Positions 39,349-53,167 of a DNA stretch of 64,000 bases are shown here, one piece after another. Every line of letters starts with the position of its first letter. Within the stretch, counting starts at the first letter, position 1. The stretch covers positions 62,558,001 through 62,622,000 of the forward strand of contig OX597833.1 in the NCBI GenBank assembly GCA_951406725.2, read 5' to 3'. Under the pieces are notes generated by a model that saw nothing but the letters and a program-made list of their open reading frames with translations, was not told the origin of the DNA and made no database searches. The position numbers were made by a program, and so were the translations under genes. Source of the DNA: Octopus vulgaris. Taxonomy: Eukaryota.

Positions 39349-40305
39349 GAGTGTGTATGTATGTGTATTCATATAAATATATATATAGTATGAGTGTGTA
39401 TACGTATACATATATACGTATACATATATATATACATATATATACACACATACACACCAATAAGATGTAGAACACTACAAAGAACTTTGTTTCAAATAGT
39501 GTGAAATGAATGGAATGTTACTAAACTTTAAAGCTCCCATTTTTACATTATATACATTTACAATACACCATTGAAACCTTAAATACTGGCCATTGTGTGT
39601 AAGCACATTACACTGAAGACAAACACTTTTCGATTGGCAAAAAAAAAAAGAAAAAGGGGGGGCTTCATTAAGCATCCAAATCAGAGATGTGACGCAAACT
39701 CTTTAATGCGTAACAAAATAAAAAAGTTTGGAGTGGGATATTTACCTGCTAAATTAGTTGTCCTTTTTCTCACCTTTTATTCATAGCAAAGAATTAAAAT
39801 ATGAAGAGTGAACACAGACACACACACACACTAGATAAGAGAAAACTATGGAAAGTAATAAAAAACTTGAGACAAACAATAAGCAGAATCGAGAATTTCC
39901 TCACAGCTACGAAGCTAGTAAAAGTATAACCCTTTGAATCTGCAAATGCACTTTTACCAGGCTTGATTTTGGTTGATATTATATCCCTGGAAGACACAAG
40001 TGGTGGTGGCCACAGAGTTTCATTCTTACAGCTGATAATGAGGTTTCTGCTAATCAGCAATTTATAAATGCAAATCTATGAAAGCACTTGCTTCTACACC
40101 TTCTAGGTTTATGATCAAATGAAACCACACCCATTAAAATGTACTTACAAGTTCAAAAGGTTAAAGTGTCTCTTTCCTACAATTCGGAATAGATTTTGAG
40201 AAAAATTATTAAATGAATTTGATTGTAAGTTGTAAGAAAAAAACAAAAAATAAATATGAAGCACCTTCATCCACCATCCCAATTCCAGAACAAAATGGTC
40301 TAGAG

Positions 40306-40524
40306 CAGTGCTTTTCAACATTTTTCCTGGAGCGGAACCCCAAAGAAACATTCCACTGACTCGAGGAACCCTTGTGCAATAATTTAATAGGCTTATGCAC
40401 ACATATCTGCACAGGAGAATTAAAAATTACTGCCGATTTTAGCAGTTTTTTAACTTCTTGCGGAATCCCTGGACTGTACTGGTGGAACCCTAAGGTTCCA
40501 CGGAACCCTGGTTGAAAACCACTG
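40306..40524 (-). mobile_element. hAT MITE within the putative 3'UTR
   Basis: Same family, opposite orientation; exact 8-bp TSD GTCTAGAG. Confidence 0.85.
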
Positions 40525-41831
40525 GTCTAGAGAAACCTTCAAGATTTCTGTTTAAATGAAATCAATGCAGATATTAGGTGGCAGTTGTAGAATTGGTTAA
40601 ATGCTAAGACCTTTTAAATATGGGAGTCAAAAGCATTTAACTAGACCGAAAACTAACAAAATGCTGAACAGGCCAAGACAAGTCTTGCAGAAGAAAAAAA
40701 GATTTTAATCCTTAAAATATACAGGCGTCAACAACTACAAAAAGCATTAATGTCTGTTGTCTGTGTGTCCAACAGACGTTATAAAACTGCCAACAAATAA
40801 TGATTATGATATTGAATTCACCAATTTTTTTTTTTTTTTTTTTTCCCCCACCTTTTTTAATTATTAGTAAGAAATCTAATTGGCTTCACAGAACTAACAT
40901 GGAACGTCTCAAGTGAACAAAAGCCCTGCCTTAGCCATCTTTCATTACCAGGGACAGGCAGCGTCCGCAATTAATAGGTTTCTAAGATTTTAGCATATCC
41001 TTAAAATCCTATAAAATGTTTTAGCGCGAAGGCCGCGGCCATGCTGGGGCACCACCGCTGTATAAAAAAAAAAAAATAAAAGCAAACTGTGACGACGAAT
41101 CCTGAAGAATGATGAAAGGTGACAGAAATGACAGGTACAGAAAGAAGCCTGCACTACAAGAAACAGTTAAGACACTATGAATGGAACAAAACAGAACTGT
41201 TTACTAACCAAACTACAAACAAAAAAGATCTTTTTTTTTCTTTTTTAAATAGAAATGCGAAGATAAAATGCGAAGACAAAAAAAAAAACAAAAAAAAAAC
41301 TATGGAAATGATCATAAAATGAAAATACAAAATCATGTTTACCAGACTTAAAAAACGGAAAATGAAGGAGAGAAAAGTAGAATGACTTAAAATTTTGATT
41401 GTGTGTGTGTGTATATAATTTAGTAATTGTAACTTTTAAGGTTCCTAGGTACATGTCCACACATGCACAGACACAATCATAGTTGAAAATACTTTTCATA
41501 ATACCTTTCAAACCAGTTTGTGGTGACCCTGTTGCTTTCCTAAATTCTAACTGTTGAACTTGTTTTTTTTTTTTTGTTTTTTTTCCTGCAAAATAATACC
41601 TCCCGCCAACTCTCTCACTCTCCACCCCACTCAATCTTCCTTTATATGGCTATTGCTGAGCATTAGTCTGTAAGTGTGTGTATATATATATATATATATA
41701 TGTATGTATATACATGTTTAATCATACCAAAGGGAAATGGAATTTAATTAAATTTAAAATATTCAATCAAAATTTACATTTCCAGTGGTCTAACGTGCAA
41801 AAAAATTAGTCAAGAAGACTATATATTAGTT

Positions 41832-41927
41832 ATACGATATAGTGCAAATTTATACACATAAGGGATCTACTTATGGTGCTCACCCCAAGTAGATTCCTTA
41901 TCTGTATAAATTTGCACTATATCGTAT
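41832..41927. repeat. Near-perfect 41-bp-stem hairpin
   Basis: atacgatatagtgcaaatttatacacataagggatctactt vs aagtagattccttatctgtataaatttgcactatatcgtat, two mismatches, 14-nt loop. Confidence 0.9.
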
Positions 41928-44126
41928 GTATATACATGTTTAGTGTTCCCTGGGCACCGACAGGCAATACACAGAATAGCAGGAGACCGACTTGACCACA
42001 ATAATATACATACGCACACACACATATATATGCACGTATGTATGTATGTATGAGGGAATGCAAGCCAACAACACTGTCAATAAACACAAAGGAACCAAAC
42101 CAATTTTAAGCAGCAGGCATCATCATCATCACCATCATCATCAGTCATAAGGCAAAAATTGAAAGAATAAATGTTGATATAAGGCAAAACCTTTCAGGTA
42201 AATAATATACTTTATTATTATTATTATTATTGGAATAGCAAATTGTTTGATTTATGCTGCAGAATAAGTTCATGTCCATTATATAATCACATTTTATTAC
42301 GATTTATTAAAGATGTCACGATAAGCTAATCAACCAATAAACAGTGCTGTACAGGTTGTTTATATTTTTTAAAAAAATGAAAAACAAACAAAAAAAAAAC
42401 CCAAAAAGGACAGACATAAATGACAAAAGATTTATACAAGTTATTTGTGTGTGTGTGTGTGTGTGTGTCAGTAGGGTGAAAGAATATTGCAAATTTTTTA
42501 AAGCATATTGCCAGTTATAACAGCTTAGGAGTTTAATGCTTTTCAACTGTTGTTTTTTTTAAATAAACTAAAACTAATTCTTTAATTATCGAAAACAAAA
42601 TGTTAAAGTGCAACCAAAAATAATATATACATCAAAGAGTGATAAATAGGCAAAAGAAAAGAAAAGGGGGGAAAAAAAAACATTTTTCTGTTCATTTATG
42701 CATGTAAAAAAAAAAACAAAAAATATATCCAGCAATCTAGGAAGAATCACATAGTGATTATCTGTTAAAATATTTCTAAAACTTATTAAAAATCTGTAAA
42801 TACAGTAATCCCCACACACCCCAGTAAGTCAGTCTAAAAATTATAACAGATGACTCCAATAATAACTAGCTAAGCCACAGTTTTAAAAATCTCAAATAAT
42901 TTTTCTTTTACAAAAATAAATGTACACCCCACCCAATAACAATAAAAAAAGAATATTTTTTGTTCTTTTTTTTGTGTGTTGTCAAAGTTTTCTAATACTA
43001 ATCTAAAAGATTAAAATTAATCTTGGAAGAAAAAAAAAAAAAGAAAGGAAAAAAAACTCATTTCACTGAAATTTTTTTACATAAATTTTAAAAAAAAAAA
43101 ATTTTTTTTTTTCTGATTTTTAAAAATGAGTATCTTTATATCATTGGCTTATCTTTTTCAGATGCATTATTTGAAAATGTCATCTAAGGAATTCAGCACC
43201 AACTTAGGCAGTACCATAAGTACAAAGAAACGAAAGACTAGAAAGCTGAGTTTTAGGAAATTTAAAAAAAAAAAAAAATAAAAAAAAATAAAAAAGACCT
43301 TAAAAGAACAAAGAAGCTATATCTAAAAGGAGGTACAAATCGTTAAAGATAATAGCCAATCTAATTAAAACCATTAACATTAACGGCCAGAAAATAAAAG
43401 AGATCAAATAGAATGTATTTTTGTTTTGTTTTTCTTTTCTCTCTCTTTAAATGTAATTAGAAGAAATTTTAGCATTGGACTTGCGATATATTTGGTATTC
43501 CATATACACAGAATCATACAAACATTGACCAAATAGCTTCTATTTACAAAAAACACACACTTTCAGTTGAGTAAGGGAGTTAGCACTTGAGACAGTATTC
43601 CAATACCTATTATAATTAATGACTTAATAAAGCTATTGATTGATTTTTTTTGTTTGTTTTTAATGGAAGGGAAGATTAGCTGATAAGATTTTTTAAACTT
43701 AGGCTTTTTAGAGGGGTTTTTTTTTTTTCAACTTGACATGAATGACTAGATCTGGGAAAATATGAAAACATGTAGCAGAAAAAAAAAAATAATAATAAAC
43801 AAGTGAACAAAAACAGAACTTAAGATTAATTTTTTTTTTAAATGATATAAAAACAGAACCTATAAGTTTGATTTTGAAGGAGTGACTTTTATGATTTTTT
43901 TTTTCTGTTTTTTTTTTGATTTTTTTTTTTAAGTCTATAAGATTTACACTGAAATTTAAATATTTTGTAATTGTTTGGTTTGTTTGTTTCTGATTGAAGG
44001 GGGGACAAGAACACTGAACATCTCAAAAAAATCAAGCACTGTGCTGTCATTAAATATTTCTAACTCTGGAGAAAGACATGCCTTCAGAGATTCATGCTTG
44101 TACAGTCATTTTTATATATATACATA

Positions 44127-44195
<69 letters not shown>

Positions 44196-46727
44196 ATATA
44201 TATATATATACACCAGGACCAGTTCGCCTTCACCCCACACCCCTCTGCCACAAGCCTAAGATGTTCAACAAACAAAACAAAAAACAGACACACACACGCG
44301 CACAAAAAAAAAATAGAAAACAAGTAGAGGCTGTCGTAGGGTGAATTATGATGATAAAAAGACACTCAAGGAATTATTGATGGTTGAATCCATTAGCAGA
44401 AACAACTAAACTTCAAGTGTACCATAACAACTCCCAAAATGCATAACAGAAGGATAGAGGTGAGTGGCACTTCCTAAACATAAGATGAATTATATATATG
44501 TATGTATTTTATTTTTAATAGCCTCCAATGGAACTAATCAGGGGGGGAAAAAGGTTTTAAAACCCACAAGAATACAAACATTTAAGTCATTTTAAATAGC
44601 TAATAATGTTTGTTTGTTTGCCTTTTTTTTTATTATTATTAAACAAAATAAATATAAGCAACTTAAAACCTTCCAGAATATTATTATTATTATTATTAAT
44701 AACTGATAATCGTCGTAATTTTGGAGAATAAGCTTCTGCAATTAATAATTGTATATGATGAAGTGTAATAATAATAGATTTATAACCTTGTAGTAGTAGT
44801 AGTAGTAGTAGTATTAATTGTATTAATGCCAAAGATAATAGTCACTCAGTCAGACAGAAGTATCAATTTCCATCCCTTGTAAACTGGTGGCTGAATTCAA
44901 GTTTCCTAAATTAAAATGATGAGACTTATAAAATTTATGAAGGCAGTGATTTTAAAAAATTCAACAGGTATACTACTAATTACATTGTAGAGACTATATT
45001 TACATACCTGATGCTATTGTCAACATCAACAATCACTTCCAAGCATAACCGAAAAAAGCAGGTAAAGAAAGAAAATCAGGAAGGGGTGGAGAAATAAAAG
45101 CTATTTTAATACCATAGAAGCTGATTTTTAAAAAATATGAAATAAGCAAAACTGAAGGATTTTTTTTTTTAAATACTTGCCTAAGACTTGAGAATTTAAA
45201 AAGAACAGAAAAATTTTATACTTAAATTGGATAGGGAGGGGGTTACACTTTGGAGTAAGATAGTTAATTGAGGAATATTTTGTTGGTTTGGAGAGATTTA
45301 AGGAATGGTTGACTAGGTTTACTCAACTTTTAGAGATAGAAGAGAAAAATGAAATGAAAGAACAGAAAAATAAACCTCACCCACCCAATGGTGAAAAATA
45401 TACATTTGCAGAGAGAGAGAGAAGAGAGAGAGAGAGATGGGAGGGGATTTAAAATAAATTATAATAGTGTTGTGTAGTAATAGATCAAGCACTGCAGAAA
45501 AAAAAATAAAATAAAGTAAAATAAATTTGCTATGCACACTTCACCAACTGAGCCAAATTATATCAGGGAATGTGTAATGCCAAACTTAATAATAGGATGC
45601 ATGTGGGAGCATATGTACATACATACACACACACACACACACACATATACATATATGCACACACACGCACGCATACATACATATACACACAGGTACGCGC
45701 TCTCAAACAATTATGAAAATTCATTTTCATTTATTATTATTATTAGTTTTTTTGGTGGGGGGGTGGTTTGTTCTGGTCACCCTAACTCAAGTGGCTGCAC
45801 AATGGAGAGAGAGAAGGGGGGAGAGAGAGAGAAAAAAAAAGATAAAAATGAACTTTCACTCTTGTAAGAAGTTGGGAGGGAGAGGGGGGAGAGAGAGGGA
45901 GAGGGAGTGGACAACATCCGACCCCCTCTCCTCGTGACCTCCCCCCCCGTTCTCTTTCTCTCCAGTTTTAGAAAGTTTGAGTCATGACAGCTTTACTGAT
46001 TGATTTAATCTGGGGGGGAGAGGGGGAGAGAAAAAAAAAAAAAAAAAAAGAAGGTTCCGAGAGTCTCTACACAGTCCAAGAGAATTCTTTAACTGTTACT
46101 GAAAGATATCAATCCTCCACAGGGTAACATGATGGAGGCACAAAATGTGTGCACATAGGAGCTGAGCTAAGCTTTTTATTTAAAAACTTTAAAAAAGAAA
46201 AAGGTCCTTAAAAAAAAGGTCTTGCTTCAATTTCCAAATATTGTAGTTCTTTCGACTTTTTAAAATAATGAATGTTCATTCCACACACTTGCATTTGTTT
46301 TTTGATTTTTTTGATTTTTTTTCTTTCACTGATATTACTGGAGTAAAGTCTTGTTTGTTTGAGGTTGTTTTTTGTATATATATTTTTTTGTTTTGTTTTT
46401 GGTTTGAAATATTTTCCTCCTCCTCCTCCTCCTCCTCCTCCAACTTCCTTCCAGTCAAACACATTGATGTTGTTTTGTTGGCATCTTGTTTTGTTTGTTT
46501 TTAGGTTTGTTATTTTTTTTTTCCTTAAAAGTTTTTTTTTTTCTTTAAGTGATTTGGTGCCTTTTTTATAATTTTTTTTCCAATTTTAATAGAAGGGGGC
46601 AAAAGAAACACAGCAGGTGGGCAAACGGGCGGGCGGATAGGCAGGCGGGCGGGCAAACGGGCACGGGAGGCTGTCTTTCATAATTTTTTTTTTTTTGTTG
46701 TTGTTTTTGTTGCTGTTATTTTTAAAC

Positions 46728-46834
46728 TCAGAGCAGTGCCAGCAGACAACACAAGAAGGCATTCACTGCCATTAACAGGTGAGAATTGCAGTTGAAAGAT
46801 GCAGTGGAATCCGTTATTCGACTACCCGTGTCCA
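46728..46834 (-). CDS. NCAM: Alternative terminal exon encoding a GPI-anchor-like signal (GPI isoform of the same gene)
   Basis: Acceptor tttatttctgttcttttcag; phase-1 start like the TM exon; (V/M)DTGSRITDSTASFNCNSHLLMAVNAFLCCLLALL-stop: small residues, spacer, hydrophobic C-terminus and no tail. GPI and TM isoforms are established for NCAM, Fas2 and apCAM. Confidence 0.8.
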
Positions 46835-47880
46835 CTGAAAAGAACAGAAATAAACAAGTAAAAATGGGCAGGATTTATTGAAGATCTTTCGGCTTAATTA
46901 TTATTATTACTACTATTATTACTATTAATAATAATTATATTTTTAGAACTTAGAAACAAATGTGTTCAATATATATATAGATATAAGATAAAGGATGAAT
47001 AGTGGAAGGGACGGGGCGGGGGAGGAATCGGGGCAGTGAAGGTAGATGTGGACTCAACATTCATTTAAAAATACTTTTGAAATACTTTCTTAAAAGACTA
47101 ATAATTAGCAAAGACAATTGAAATTATTAAAGCAAAAAATGAAGATTGCAGATATTTCTAAAAAAGTAAAAAGCAAATTTCCAGAGGAAAAAATTAAGTA
47201 ACTTCTGTAATTGTTAAGCTATTGGATGTGTAATAAACAGCAGTAATTAAAATCAACAAAAGCTTCACCTTATATGATATTAAAAAGGTTCTTATATATA
47301 TATATAACAAGACCGAAAAAAAAAAAAAAAAGAATTTGAAGGAAAAAGTTGATAGCACAATAAAGCAAGAACTATTTTTGGTATTGAGTGCGTTGTTTAA
47401 ACGGCCTTTGTTTTAAATCTGAACAGAAACTAAGATACTGAGATTAAAAATTATTTTTACCAGCTAAATAAATAATATACATACATATGAAAACAATGCC
47501 TTATGTGTTACTATAATCATTTAACAAAAAGTCTGTTGATTAGACAATTTCAAATTGTACCAAAAATTATTAATTCTATTTAGTACTGGTCTGCATTATT
47601 ATTTAGGCCATTTGGTATGAAACAGAATTTCCTATAAGCATTTCCATTCTTATTCCAGATTTAAAGTATTAAAGAGAAATTTTTAATCTAAAAAGCAGGA
47701 AATTCTAAACTTGAAAATAACATTGCCATAAATTTTAAATAATTCAGCAAATTAGAAATTTAATTATTAAAATTAACCAGCTGATTTAATAAGAATTAAA
47801 ATAGAAGACTTATCGATGGCATTATACAGTATCAATAGAATTAGCTGAATAAAATGACTCCCACTAGTTTATCAATAATA

Positions 47881-49360
47881 CAGGGTGTAAGGGTATTTGA
47901 GGACAAGTATCAGTATGTTACTCTCTTCAAACCAAAATGTTTATATTTCTTTCAGATGTCCCACAGCAAATAAAATGCTAATACAAGAAATGAAAAGACA
48001 TGCAGTCATTGTTGACGTGTTTTAGAAATTGTCCAACACTTGAAATGCTACAAGAGCTTTTGTACATAAAGTGTGGATGAGGTTAGAAGCCTCACACAGG
48101 AATGTTTCATCTTGGACATTCATTCACCCACCACAATTAATCCAACAGGTTGAAAATGATGAGCCCCAGAAAAATCAATGAGGGCCATTGTTGAAGAACT
48201 TCAGGAGTTGGATTGGACTATCAGTAATGTGGGCACATATGGAACAATTTGATACATGTCCTATGTACTGAGTAAACACCAATTTATTTGTACAAAGACT
48301 CAAGAAAACTGACCAGCATCAAGCAGTTACTTAAGGTGTAAAACCCTTGCAAACATGGCTTGTTTTGGTATTGGTAGAGATTTTTCTCATCAGAGATGAA
48401 CCAAAAGTCTAACAGGAGAAACAATATATGGTTATGTATAGACCCTTCAATGTTCCTAGAGTTGACGCACACTAAATTTCCAGCAACTGAAATGATTTTA
48501 GGAGTTGCGAATTATGAAGGTCATGTTGTGTCATTTCACATCTTTCTATGTCTTTAGAATTAATGATGTTGATTATGTAGAGGTGCTGGAAAAGGTTGTT
48601 AAACCCTGGACGGTTGAAGTACGTAGTAGAAGGCCATATGTGTTTCAACAAGACTTAACACCCACATAACCCAAGAAAGGGTTATGATCACATAACTCCA
48701 AACTCCTGGCCTCCAAACATGCCAAATTTGAATTCTATGGATTACTATGTTCAGAACATCACTGAAAGGAGACCAATCAACACCCTTACAATGCTATAGC
48801 TTCACTAAAGACCACCATTGTCCAAGTGATGTCAAATAAGGACCATTTAGTGCAAGAATTCAACAATTCCAATCCCACTTTGCAGCCATCAATGAAATTG
48901 TAGCAATAACCATTTTAGCCATTTTTCAACTGAGCATAGATAAATATGTATTTCTGTAATCTTTGATTTATGTTTCTTACAGCGGTTTAAAGGACACGAT
49001 TAAAATATTCAACATACATGTTATTAATATAGCGTTTCATGCATATATGTCTATATGATGTTATAACTGTAGTTAGGGTTTTAGGTATAATGATAACACT
49101 TGAGTATAAGTGACGTTGAATCATTATATTCTCCCTTACTCAGAGAAAGGCCCAAATAAATAATATAACCTAAGAGAAAGCTTAAGGTAATAAAACGAAA
49201 ACCGCCGTAAAGTAAAAAGTAGATTCATAGAATAATGTTATAAATTAGCTTTATTAAGAACATGTGTAGACATTTTTATTAAAATACATTTGGTTTTTGC
49301 TAGGTTTAGAGTTGTTTCATTAAATTACCACATGTGTCCGCAAATACCTCTTGCACCCTG
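47881..49360 (+). mobile_element. Degenerate Tc1/mariner-superfamily transposon (maT/DD37D-like)
   Basis: TA-flanked TIRs cagggtgtaagggtatttgaggaca / tgtccgcaaatacctcttgcaccctg; transposase remnants KPW..RPYVFQQD (~48601-48654) and WPPNMPNLNSMDYYV (~48707-48751). Confidence 0.8.
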
Positions 49361-49564
49361 TATTTCAGTAACTGATTCGTTATTTGATCTTACAAATGTG
49401 AACCTCACCCCATGACTACCATCTTCACCTCCTATCTGGTTTATTCTGCCATGTTGACTAGGTCTCGGACTAGTGACAACATGAAATTGTGCACCTTGCC
49501 AACAAGGACAAGGCTAGTAGAGATGTGATAACAACATCTAGAGATTTTCAATAAACACAAATCA

Positions 49565-49792
49565 TTAAACCTTTCATTACCAACCCGGCTGAAACCGGCT
49601 CTGGCTCTGAGTACAAATGTCTTATTTTCATAAGTTTTGAATTAAAATCTTCCACCAAACCTTAGCCACAATTTATGTTCCTAACACTAGCTTAATGATA
49701 ACTATGTTATTTTACTAAATTCTTTGTTATATTTAAAATAATTGGAAGAAACACAGAGCATCTCAAAATAAATACAGTAACGAAAGGGTTAA
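49565..49792 (+). mobile_element. piggyBac-type MITE, family P1
   Basis: TTAA flanks, ends ccttt.../gtaacgaaaggg; near-identical to 59062-59290. Confidence 0.75.
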
Positions 49793-51439
49793 AGAACTGC
49801 TTTGTAATATAGGCACAAGGCCCATAATTTTTTCTTGGGTGGGTGGCTGGGTGGGGTAGTCGAGTACACTGATTCCAGTACTTGATTGGTACCTGGAGGG
49901 ATGAAAAGCAAAGTTGACCTCAGCAGAATTTGAACTCAGAATGTGAAGCAATTACTTTATATTTAAGGCACAGAGCCTGAAATTTTGAGGGAGAGAATTT
50001 AATTACATTGATTTAAATGCTCAACTTATCATATTGCCCCTGGAGGGATGAAAGGCAAAGCTGACATCAGCAGATTTGAACTCAGAATGTTAAACAATAA
50101 CCCTAATAACATTATTACTGTAACTACTTAAAAAATATATTGATAAACAGAAATGTTTTTTTTTTTTAATTCTTTTTCTATTTTAGTTAAGGGAGAAAAA
50201 CATTTAACAACACTAAACATTAATAAAATTTGAAGGGCTTTCCTGTAGAAACACTAATATCTAATAATGATGGGGTGAACTGAACTTCCGACTCTGAAAA
50301 TTAAATCTTTATCTCTCTGTATATATACATACATCCTATTAAACATATTAAATCTGCATTTCATAATAATACACAATTAATTAATTCTAAATCTAAAACG
50401 AGACCCTGTGGGAAAACAAAAGACAAAACACACACACACTGAAGGGAAAAGCAAATAAACCATGTGAAAAAGCTTCTCAATGACATTTATCCTTACTCTT
50501 ATTAGAAATCATTTTGAAAATTAAATACCAAATTGCCTGAGGTAAAATTACAATTTTCTTAATTATTAAACCAATGTCATGGATATTTCCAAATCTAATA
50601 GCTTGTGCCTCCGTTCTGATCATTGTTATCAAGGCTCTTATTCCTCCTGAATGTGGACTTACATCTGATGTAACGTAATGGTTTCACTCATTAACAGTTA
50701 ATAACTAAATTATCTCAGGTAGACCATCACACAGGTGTACACAAATTCCTCCAAATTAACATTAAATAAATGAAAAAAAGAGCTTATAAATTTAAACATA
50801 AATTACACAGAGACAATCTAAATGAGCGTGTGTGTTTATATATCTGCACAAGTCAAATAGTACAGCCGAGATAGTCATTGAAATAGATAAAAACTCATGA
50901 AATGATAACAATTATAATAAATAGTACATACATAGGTCATTAATAAACATCACAGCAACAGTTATTTGATTTTGAAAGTGGTACTAAGAATAAGGTAAAA
51001 CCTGGTCTAGAATGCTCAGGTGCAACAAGTACTTGCTAACAAGGATAGAAAGTGGTGCATGGCTGCTACTACTACTACTACTACTACTGCTGCTGCTGCA
51101 ACTACTAATGGCTATGTGTATGGGGAAAACTATACTAGTAGATAAAGGAAAATATAGTTGGGATTCAAGTGTTGGTCTAATACTACTAGGGTCTAAAGGG
51201 ACTTGAAGCTAAAAAGTTAACAAAAACCAAAACAAAAAAATGTGTGTTGGCATGTGTGCATGTCTGAAAGCAAAAATAAAACCAAGAAATAAAATAAAAT
51301 ATGCAGGTGAATACACACACGCATTTTATTTATATATATATATGCACCTACACACACGCACACAACATTTAAAATAAAATGGAATAACTTTTGTAAACTT
51401 TGTTTTTTAGCAACATAACATAGCTATAATTAATGATTT

Positions 51440-51636
51440 CAAATTTTGGCACAAGGCCAGCAGTTTCAGGGTAGGGGGGGAAAAGTTGATTACATCAACC
51501 CCCAGTGCTCAACTGGTACTTGTTTTATCAACCCCAAAAGAAGGAAAGGTAAAGTCAACCTGGGTGGAACTTCGAATGTAAAAACGGACAAAATGCCGCT
51601 AACATTTTGTCCGGCATGCTAACGATTCTGCCAGCT
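51440..51636 (-). mobile_element. SINE family C
   Basis: Diverged copy; others at ~49800-50090 and 55890-56100. Confidence 0.65.
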
Positions 51637-52952
51637 ATAATCAATAAAAATTAACTTGTCTTAAATATAGTGGTTACTTTAAATGTGTAACACTGTGACA
51701 ACAAAACAAAAGCTAGTTAGCTAATTATAGATTGTGATTGTACACTGGTTGGATTGATTTAATTAGCTACATTAACATAAGCCAATGAAAACCCCACTCT
51801 AACACAGGTGACTGATTCGACAGAGGCAGGATTTGACCTCTTTAACTGATAAACCTCACTGTGCCATCTCAACCACTTCCAACATTGACACTGTATTACT
51901 GCAGGTAATACCTCTACATGGTCACTAGAAATAACAGCTAAAGTCTCTCAAATTATGCCCTATTGTCTTAATGGGAAGATATAACCATAACATTCACATA
52001 ATTAAGAGCAAAATGGTTACAGCTGGCTGGATCAAGATTAACCTGGGACTAGATTAACAAAAGGCTTCAACGTTAACCCTTTTGACACCAACCATCTTGA
52101 GACCGCTTATTTTAAAATGATACTTCCATAGAAATTACATGCTAATTTATACTCCAAAAACCATCCTAACAACAACCAAATTACTTGACTAAATTCATCA
52201 AAATCAGTGTATTTCAAATGAAACAAATGGGTTGAAGTATAGAGGAAGGACGTTAAACACTGAATGAGATTTTAGCTCAGTACCTCCAGTCGACTATAAA
52301 CAGTGCTACATGTTTCAAATTACAGTTTAGAGATCAACACCTGTGCTGGTGATTATTTTATCAAACATGCTAGAAGGATCTCGGCAGGGTTTCAAATGAC
52401 AACGGTGCAGTCACTAATAAGTTCCACAAGGGATGCTCTACTACTAAATCCTTTCTAACCTGAAGCATTTCCAAGGTTGCCGTCATTGGAACTGCACCTT
52501 CAGAGTGCTACACTAAAATTTAACTAGTTGATATTTTTCTTTTTTTTCTTTTTTCTTTTTTGTACTTGTTCATTTTTAATTTACTTTTACTAATTATGGT
52601 TACAGAAAACACCAGAATAACAAATTACAAAGTGGTATTTTCACAGCAAAAGAATATATTTCTTTCTCGTGAATTAATGAATAAATAAATTTTAAAAATC
52701 CAGAAGACACTGCTAAAATTGAACCATGGTAGATGTGTAACAATATAATTATATTACTGAAACCACAACCCCTAAAATAGTATGTGGGTGTAAAAATCTT
52801 GACAGTGAATAGAAAACAAAATGAAATGTAGAGAATATAGCATAAATGTATAATTAAATCCTTTAGGTGTATAAAAAAATACATAAGTATATAGAGTCTG
52901 TATAAACAAGAAATGAGAAAGAAATACATTGAACTAGTTCATAAATATACAC

Positions 52953-52976
52953 CTACCACGACATTAGTAAAATAAA
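52953..52976 (-). CDS. Candidate 24-nt microexon (xYFTNVVV)
   Basis: Branch-like GCTAAC at 53013-53008, long T-rich tract, gatcag acceptor; frame-preserving donor AG|gtgtat is weak and a competing gtaggt donor would give 20 nt. Confidence 0.35.
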   Translation of the reverse strand, partial: FILLMSW

Positions 52977-53131
52977 CTGATCAAAAACAAACAAAAAAAA
53001 AGACAGAGTTAGCGTGAGATTAATGTAAGAAGTTTTGAAAGAGAAAAGAGAGAGAGATGAAGGATAAGCAAGAGACAAGCAAATGGCAAACTAAGTGTAG
53101 AATCGAAGAGGAAAATAATAATGATATGCTA

Positions 53132-53167
<36 letters not shown>

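Larger units (their letters stand above)
37020..46727 (-). other. Putative long 3'UTR of the GPI isoform
   Basis: Follows the GPI stop; U-rich on the sense strand, nearly free of SINEs unlike neighbouring introns, ends at clustered AATAAA with downstream T/GT-rich tract. Earlier AATAAA sites exist (e.g. ~42211), so the length is inferred. Confidence 0.5.

Noticed and set aside
51225-51310. Strong acceptor tttttgctttcag (similar at ~15054 and ~13363)
   Set aside because: Followed by low-complexity sequence and early stop with no donor; expected by chance in T-rich DNA.
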